From positions 76,407,224 through 76,449,643 of the forward strand of contig NC_068983.1 of the NCBI RefSeq assembly GCF_001194135.2: a DNA stretch of 42,420 bases, given 5' to 3'. Below are positions 34,721 through 42,420 of the stretch, in pieces. The translations under genes and the position numbers were made by a program. Every line of letters starts with the position of its first letter. Position 1 is the stretch's first letter. Below the pieces are notes generated by a model. It saw only the letters and a list, made by a program, of their open reading frames with translations. It did no database searches and had not been told where the DNA came from. Origin of the DNA: Octopus bimaculoides (taxonomy: Eukaryota).

Positions 34721-35186
34721 AGGCTATTTATTGCTTTTTGGGGCCTGCAACCGTGTGTATTATTGATTCTGTTATTATCATCTTTAATTGTTACACTAGA
34801 TAATAATAGTGTCAATGATATCTTCGCAGATATATTTTTCTCCTGAATTATTTCCTCCGTATTCAAATTATAAATGGTAGCTGCCATGATTCAACGCAAA
34901 ACGAATCAGTTGCAGCGAAGACTTCAACGTGAAGAGTTGAGACTCTCCATCACGGTAATGCATGCTGAGGAAGGTGAGGCTGTAATGCCAGTCCTGAAAC
35001 AGGTCCACGTGAGTCCAAATAATTGAATGTGTGCTAAGAGATTGTCTTAGCCCGTTTACCTTCAGGCAGTTGATTTGTTTAGTTATTACCAGTGTATTTT
35101 GCAGATGTAATTAAGAGTTTTCACTGTTATTTCCAGCAGGTAGACACCCTTAGTATGTCCTTCGTATATATATATATATATATATA

Positions 35187-35324
35187 NNNNNNNNNNNNNN
35201 NNNNNNNNNNNNNNNNNNNNNNNNNNNNNNNNNNNNNNNNNNNNNNNNNNNNNNNNNNNNNNNNNNNNNNNNNNNNNNNNNNNNNNNNNNNNNNNNNNNN
35301 NNNNNNNNNNNNNNNNNNNNNNNN
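35187..35324. other. Assembly gap (N run)
   Basis: N run after (TA)n. Confidence 1.
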
Positions 35325-35795
35325 CTACCAACAGTAACTTCTAGTATATAATTTTTGCCAATAACATGGGCTTCTTTTATTTAGCCTGGTCGCAGTTTAT
35401 TTTCGCTCAGCGTCTGGCAGTGTCTTAGAAGTGCACTATGTCAAAATATATCCTTGTTATCTATAATCGTAAAAATTGAATGTGATTCAAATTGCATGTT
35501 TTCTTGAAACAATAAATTTCTATAGAGATTAGTATTTAAATTCCAATCTATGAAAAGTTTCCTTTCTACAATATTCTTAAAGGAACGAAAATCTATCCAG
35601 CAACTTGGGCTAATACGAACGAGCTAAGTCAGTGTGAAAAGACTAACTGGGATGCCTTGTGAAGAGTACAGCCGACAGTTATTTCACTGATGTCTGTTGT
35701 ACACTGAATTGTCGTTATTTGAATGTTATTCTGTGCGTCTGTGTGCAAATATGGGTTGTGTTTGCAAGGTTGCTTTATCTTAACTCTTAACTTAG

Positions 35796-35880
35796 AAATG
35801 GAGAAAAGCATAGTGCTATATATAAAGAAAGCCATTTGGGGCTAAAAATAAAGCGGAAATATGTGAAATTCTTCGAGCAG
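35796..35880 (+). CDS. Candidate internal exon of an unidentified host gene (85 nt)
   Basis: Acceptor TTTATCTTAACTCTTAACTTAG, donor CAG|GTATGT, a single open frame NGEKHSAIYKESHLGLKIKRKYVKFFEQ; no homology recognised. Confidence 0.3.
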
Positions 35881-36380
35881 GTATGTGTCACGTGCGAAAT
35901 TTGTGATGAACTCGAGATTGCGTAGAATTACATAACTTAAAATGTAAGTTCTTCATAATAAATTTCTAGAGAGAAAACAGCAATGTGATTTTTGTCATCA
36001 ACATGCAATACTACAGAAGTACATTTTTTCAAAATGATGTGATTATTTGAAAAACTTCAAATTGGCTGGAAGAAAGTTGAGAAGATCACCAGAACCTTTT
36101 TCTAAATCAGTTTAGACTTTGCATAAAAATCATTTCTTATAAGAAAGAAACCTTGAACATTATTTCTATATTTTGTATCTCTATCAACAAGACATATGTA
36201 AACCGTTGGAAAACAGTTTATAGCAGATACTCCAGCTAAGAAGATCTGAAGAAGGAATTGTAATTCAGAAATATCATCGGACTATAGATAACCAAATTAC
36301 AACAGGTATATAGTCCATGTTTTGTTTTATAGTGCATTGTTGTACCAATCTAAACTTTTATTCTTTATATATATATATAT

Positions 36381-36559
36381 NNNNNNNNNNNNNNNNNNNN
36401 NNNNNNNNNNNNNNNNNNNNNNNNNNNNNNNNNNNNNNNNNNNNNNNNNNNNNNNNNNNNNNNNNNNNNNNNNNNNNNNNNNNNNNNNNNNNNNNNNNNN
36501 NNNNNNNNNNNNNNNNNNNNNNNNNNNNNNNNNNNNNNNNNNNNNNNNNNNNNNNNNNN
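36381..36559. other. Assembly gap (N run)
   Basis: N run after (TA)n. Confidence 1.
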
Positions 36560-38691
36560 TATGCGTGTATATGCACGCGCGTACGCAAACACGCACACAC
36601 GCACACACGCACACACGCACACACGCATATATATGTAGACTGAACAAGAAATTCAATTTAATTTCATATAAAATATTGATTGTTTGAAATGTGTGAAGAG
36701 ATACAAGACATAACAATATTGTTTACTAAATGTATTTCCAATCTAAGCCAACTAAGTCAAGATTTATTTTTAGAGGTTGGAATTTAATTTTGACTCCATG
36801 ATGTTCTCACAACTACATATTAACCGACTTACGGAAAAATTATACATACATCTTAAGTATAGTTGAGCAACTCGTAAGACACGCTCTTCAAAATATTTTA
36901 CAATTGATCGTTTGATCGCGATAAAGAGAAAACCTCACGTACACACGTCCGTATACAATAAAAACGAAGTTTATCTCTTCCTTAGAATAATTAAATGAGA
37001 AAAAAGGGTTAAAGCATCAATAGCTATTTTACCAAATACTGTGCAGCATTGACAGTTAGTTTCAGGAAATCCTAAGAAAGTAAGATTGATTACCACGAAG
37101 CAACTGATTTTAAGTTTCCTGTTTTTGTTACAGTAACTACAAACATCGTCAATCATATATGAATAGATTGGACAGCAAAACAAAGGCAACTCCACATTAA
37201 CTGCCACATTCCATACCACTGAACAAATCACATCATGTCAGAATGTACAGTATGGTGCCAGTTCAGTGTGAATAATGGCCTATATGGCATGCTCCAAATC
37301 ATTCAACTGACTACGTGTGTGTGTTTCGTAAGTCTATTCAATCATATCCTGAACAGCAAAAATAAGGCTGCATCAGCTAAGAAAATAACAGCAGCAATAA
37401 CAAAAACGATAATAACAACAATAAAAAAAGAAACATTAAGCACTAAATATTTACAGGGCTTTCTACAAAATCCGCATCTGCTGCTCGTATTGATGTCAGT
37501 TGCCCTGTTAATCAACATATTCCTTTTCTAGTTAAACCCATTAGTAGATGCCTTGTGTTACAATAGTTCCACTTGTATACAGGAGCAACAGATATCACAT
37601 GAAACTGGATGAAACCATTTCTTAAATAAACAACAAAACTTATAATCTACTACATCATCACATGGTAATTTTACTTTCACTTTATTAGCTACTATGAATG
37701 AAATTGATGTTTTCTTTTTATCTATTTATTCCCTTTCTCATATAATCAGTGCTCTGTGCGCTTCGGTCTGTCTTTTCTACATTTACAAAGACATGTAGGC
37801 AAGTTAGCGAATACATAGTTATTAAGCTGTTAGACATAGAAATTAGAATTCCCTTCAATCACAGTTGCTCATCTTACGTAAAATAAAGTACATCTGCGAA
37901 AAATTAAATAATTATAATGAAATGATATAAAGAAATAAAAGCAAGTAATGGTCTATGGTTGACAATCTTTGATTATAACTTTGCTTGATTTGATCTGATG
38001 TAGTGCTAAACAAAACGATGAACCATTACTACAAAATTTTCTATCTACTGAGTGGACTATTAGTGTATATGTTGCTACAAGCGTATCACAAAGCCCCCAT
38101 ACCATCACTTATTTTTATGTCTTACGAGTATTATTGAATACAGCAGCTTCATTGATACATGGCGCATATTTTTCTATACTTTGTATTAGATTCAATGTAA
38201 CCTCCAGCACAATGCGCATAACATTTCTTCAAAATATATTGAAATTTAGATCACCAAGATTAAAATCACTCACATGAGAGTGAAAACCAAGATGTTAAAT
38301 AAGTAATTATCAGTGATATCATCCTTAAGTGTAAATAATTAAAATGCAAAAGCAAAAGAATATAAATTATTATTTTTCATGTGGTCTAGAGTGAATTCCG
38401 TTGATGCTTGTGATAATTTTCTGTCCAATTTATGATGAACTTGAAATGGTATATGAAACGGAAACTCAGCAACTACTTAAAGCTGGTATTTGGTTCAGAA
38501 AAATATGTTGTGGTCGACTATTAAAAGCAGATATCTTCCATCCATGTCATATATACATATATAACCTAATCGGCAGAAATTCAAAAGTAACACAAAGGGC
38601 AAGAATTTCATGAATTGAGAGTTATCAAACTTATCAGTGCATGAATCTCTCAGCTCCTGAGTCACTGTGTAAGTCTGGCAATTATATAAAC

Positions 38692-38739
<48 letters not shown>

Positions 38740-38978
38740 CTGTATTTTCCGCCATAGGAGGTGACGTAGAAGAGAGTGTAAACATTCAAACTTCACCATT
38801 ATATTTCCAAGTTCAGCTGCATTTCACATGGAATATTTAATCCTCGAAAGTTGACCTTGTGTGTAAGTCAACCTATGTCAGTTGAAATCCTTTGCCTAAT
38901 TTCTCTGTAAAACCGAGCACAATATTTGTCGTGCATTATATCAGACCAAACGCATTCGAAGTAATATTTCAGCTGACA
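38740..38978 (+). repeat. Left 239-bp inverted arm (TIR-like, pogo/Tc2-like terminus)
   Basis: TA|CTGTATTTTCCGCCATAGGAGG...CAGCTGACA; gapless match to the reverse complement of 41787-42025, 20 mismatches in 239 by hand alignment. Confidence 0.95.
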
Positions 38979-39335
38979 CCACTACACAAACGAATCACCA
39001 CAGCATATAATTTACAAATACACATCTAAATGAACATCATAAATTCTGTTCCTCTCACTACTCCTCTATCCAACGATGAAGGTTGAATGTGGTCGCCTTG
39101 ACAACATACAAGTTCTCTTATTGAAACCTAAATGCTTCAAATCTCGCCCCATTGTCTTACAGACAGAAATTCAAAGGGCAAAACTGTAGTCCCATATACA
39201 TCCTAAACCTATATTTAATATCATGGTTGGAGCGTTTTGATCACTCTACTCATAAATGTCATCCTGGAAATAAACAACGATTACAGCAACGCTTGACAAG
39301 AATCGTCTCTTTTTTTTATCTTTCAACCATCATTA

Positions 39336-40231
39336 CGAGATGCGTTCAAAATGTATCAGATTTCCTTTCCCCGCCAAAACTAATGCTACGTGGTCAAAAT
39401 TGTTTGGGTGGGAGATGACAACACCCTTTCTGTGCATGCGTGGTAAGCTGCCACAAATCTCGGCTATTACGCGTAATGTACAGACGTGAAGTGCGCCTGC
39501 GTCAGATTTTCTTTCACACCGAACGAACCGAATAGAGATGTTCCATCAGTTTTTTTGCCAAAAGCTGGTTTATACTCAAGCTCAAACTATCTAGAAGATT
39601 CGGCAGGCTTTTTACGACGATGCTTGGGTAAAATCACATCAAGGTGTGGTACAACCACTTCAAATATGGTTGCTCCTCAGTGGAAAGCGCAGTACGCTTA
39701 TACAACTTGCATGCACAAGCGGAAACGAGGAGCCGATAGAGAATATGCGGTGAATAGTCATGGAAGGCCCTCGTGTAACAATCCTCCAAGAAATTACTCA
39801 GAAAGTGGAAATACGCAAAGGATCAGTGCATTTCCATTTTAACAGAGGATTTGTGGATCCAGAGAGTGTCGCCGAAATTCGTCTCCAAAGTGCTAATAAA
39901 CCAATGGAAGCTACTCTGTATGGAAATCGTTTAGGACATGCTGGACTGTGCAAACTACCATCCGGACTACATGAGGAGCACCATCACTGGTAATGAGACT
40001 TATGGACTCTGCTCAATATGTTCTGATACCTTCCACGTAAAGGAAACTCTGACAACCGTGCAGAACACGTCTGTAATCTAGGCACAACAGTGGGGATCTC
40101 ATGTGGCCTACCGGCGCGAAGGTTTTCAAGCGTTTCAAGGAAGGCTGGCGTCACCTCCCACTCAAAAGAGTTTGTGCATGCGGCATTAGTTTTATCTTGA
40201 AAATATTCGGATACATTTTTAAACGCTTTCA
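39336..40231 (+). mobile_element. Mariner (irritans-like), internally deleted, both TIRs present
   Basis: TA|CGAGATGCGTTCAAAATGTATCAGA and reverse complement of right end TA|TGAAAGCGTTTAAAAATGTATCCGA; frameshifted peptides FCQKLVYTQAQT, VWYNHFKYG, PKFVSKVL, DMLDCANYHPDYMRSTITGNET. Confidence 0.85.
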
Positions 40232-40686
40232 TATAAAGCTTTAATTATCTTATTATCTCGTAAATTAGTAAAATATACACGCACCTTACCATTTGTTTCT
40301 ACACCAATATAATACAGTGCTATTTTGGTTAGTGAAACGTTTTAGTCAAAACAAAATACCCTAGTCCCGCTCATTGTGTCCCTGTAACATTAAAATATTC
40401 TACTACTATAATTTTTATGTTTACGAGAACAAAATGAACTTTGTAGATAAAATAGTTTATCTTTCAATAATACTTCTCTAAGAAACGTTGCTTAAAGCTA
40501 ATATTGATGTTTTTCAGCTGAGATAAGGAATATAACTGCGGCACTGAATAAATGTATTCTTACAAGCAAAGTTTAATTTTATTCTTCTGATATTTATATT
40601 GCTTGTCATAGAAATTTCCATTCTGCATGATTCTAATATGATTTTTACTTTGATTAATGAGGTAAATACTAGTAAAATAATGAATA

Positions 40687-41786
40687 TATTTCAAGGTCGG
40701 CTGAAAAGTTCATAAGCTGACCCAGATACACGCATGGAATGTCCCCAATTAAAGTTTAAGTTTTCAACATAGTCCTTTTAGCGGACGACGCACATCTTCT
40801 TTCAGCGTTGTAAGACTTGGATGAGATTGGTGAAGAAGCTTTTATACTGTTGGCAAAAACATTCATCAACAGCAGTTGCGATGGCTTCATCACTACGATA
40901 GTGGTCCCCAGCGAAATGATTTTTCTTGTTGGGGAACTGATGATAGTCAGACAGGGCCAAATGAGGCGAATGGGGAGGATAATCAACCAGTTGAAATCTA
41001 CAGTCACACATAGCAGCCATTGAAACCTTGGACTTGTGTCCTGGAGCATTTTCCTGGGCGTTTGGAATTAATAGACTTTCATAACTTATCGCGTTGGCAC
41101 AGTACTCTCCGTTGATAGTATGGTCTCTTTAAGGATAATCAAGGAATACAATGCCCTTTGCATTCCCCAAAATGGAGGCCATCACCTTTCCTATAGATGA
41201 AACTTTGGAGCAGGATTGTGTCTGGATTGTGTCTGGCCCAGAGCGATGAATCCAGCTCTTGTCTTGGGCGAAGAAAACGTTCAAGAAAACTAGCTGATTA
41301 GAAAACAAATCATAATGTGATTAGCCTAGGGCTCTTCTTCTGATTGCTTGTCATACAAATTTCTTGGCGATTAGCCTAGTGCTCTTTTGCTCGGGTGTCA
41401 GCAGGACCTTCGTCATTCCACGCTCATTGTACAGAATATTCAACTCTCTCACGGGATATGCTGATAGCATTGCCTTTTTGATTTATAGACAATGGTCCGT
41501 TATCCATCACCATGTTGTGAACACGGTCAGTGTTTACTTCCGTGGTGACAGTTGCAGGACATCTGGACTCGGGTCATCTTCAAAATTTTTCTCGTCCTCT
41601 CTTAAATCCAGCTTCCCACTTTTGCACTGTTTGCATAATTGAATCTTCATCACTTAATGTAGCTACCATGTCAGTACGAATATTGCTGGTGTTAAAACAG
41701 TTTCTGAAGGTACTCGATTACACCACGATGGAAAGTTTTCTTTGTTTTCAAGAGAAGTCGCTACTAATTACATTTGAATTCTACTT
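40687..41786 (-). mobile_element. Mariner (irritans/Hsmar2-like), decayed, 5' end cut off
   Basis: FQLVDYPPHSPHLALSDYHQFPNKKNHFAG..YRSDE (YSPDLAP-like), GKVMASI.WGMQRA, NFEDDPS, HRGVIEY; one TIR GGTCGGCTGAAAAGTTCATAAGCTGAC at 40694-40720; 5' end abuts the right 239-bp arm. Confidence 0.9.
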
Positions 41787-42025
41787 TGTCAGCTGAAATA
41801 TTACTTCGAATGAGTTTGGTCTGATATAAATCGAGACAAATATTCTGCTCGTCTTTACAGAGAAATTAGGTGAAGGATTTCAACTGACATAGGTTGACTT
41901 ACACACAAAGACAACTTTCGAGGATTAAATATTCCATGTGAAATGCAGTTGAATTTCGAAATATAATGGTGATGTTTGAATGCTTACACTCTCTTCTACG
42001 TCACCTTCTATGCCGTAAAATACAG
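41787..42025 (-). repeat. Right 239-bp inverted arm
   Basis: Reverse complement of 38740-38978; followed by TA and (TA)n. Confidence 0.95.
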
Positions 42026-42049
42026 TATATATATATATATATATATATA

Positions 42050-42420
42050 CCCACAATAACCACTAAGTTAAAGTTAGAATTATGGTCTAATACAGACCAA
42101 GTAATTAATTGGTTTAGATCAATTGAACATAAAGAAGAAACAAAATTTATCCAATTTGATATAGCTAACTTTTATAGATCAATTAACCCAATAGTACTAA
42201 ACAAGGCAATGTGGTTCTTCCATAAAAAAGCAGGCCTCACTAAAGAAGAATTTAAAGTTATAACAGCAGCAAGGAAATCGTTTATTAGCTTTAAGGATAA
42301 GATATGGGTAAGGAAAGATACCCCTGGAGCATTTGATGTTGCCATGGGAAGTTCCGACTCAGCTCAAATAGCTGATATGGTGGGATCATTTATCCTCTAT
42401 GAATTAAATGATCAATTCCC
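42050..42420 (+). mobile_element. Penelope-like element RT fragment, open to the window edge
   Basis: About 123 uninterrupted codons: LWSNTDQVINWFRSIEHK..KFIQFDIANFYRSI...ARKSF...WVRK...FDVAMGSSDSAQIADMVGSFIL; PLE RT motifs A and B'; 5'-truncated at (TA)n. Confidence 0.85.

Larger units (their letters stand above)
38740..42025. mobile_element. Candidate composite/Pack-type non-autonomous DNA transposon, 3.3 kb
   Basis: 239-bp inverted arms, TA on both outer sides; 2.8-kb interior of AT-rich DNA plus two decayed mariners; no transposase of its own recognised. Confidence 0.55.

Noticed and set aside
1-42420. CRISPR array, operon or other prokaryotic system
   Set aside because: No regularly spaced repeat-spacer array, no gene-dense region and no recognisable prokaryotic proteins; the sequence is eukaryotic repeat-rich DNA.

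Overview
AT-rich, microsatellite-dense eukaryotic genomic DNA with seven N-gaps, most of them next to simple repeats. The SINE heads and tails, (ATT)n/(TATC)n repeats and LINE relics match what I recall of Octopus (coleoid cephalopod) repeats; this is inference, no database was searched. I can identify no intact host protein-coding gene and nothing prokaryotic. The window is an intronic or intergenic transposon graveyard: two divergent CR1-group LINE relics with a CCCH-finger ORF1, four R4/Dong-like (RLE) LINE fragments, an L1/Tx1-like RT fragment, a Penelope-like RT running off the right edge, about 14 tRNA-derived SINE pieces, three mariner relics, one Tc1/Tc3-like relic, a MITE and two possible Helitron-like elements. 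The best unexplained structures are: (1) a 3.3-kb unit (38740-42025) bounded by gapless 239-bp inverted arms (about 92% identical, TA-flanked) enclosing apparently older, truncated genomic cargo, a Pack-type/composite transposon candidate; (2) a GC3-rich 63-codon stop-free frame followed by three TGGTAA+hairpin units, lying between a SINE head and a SINE tail (18298-18569); (3) a perfect 17-bp inverted repeat in unique DNA next to splice-like signals (4272-4347). A few isolated exon candidates exist but none matches a protein I recognise.
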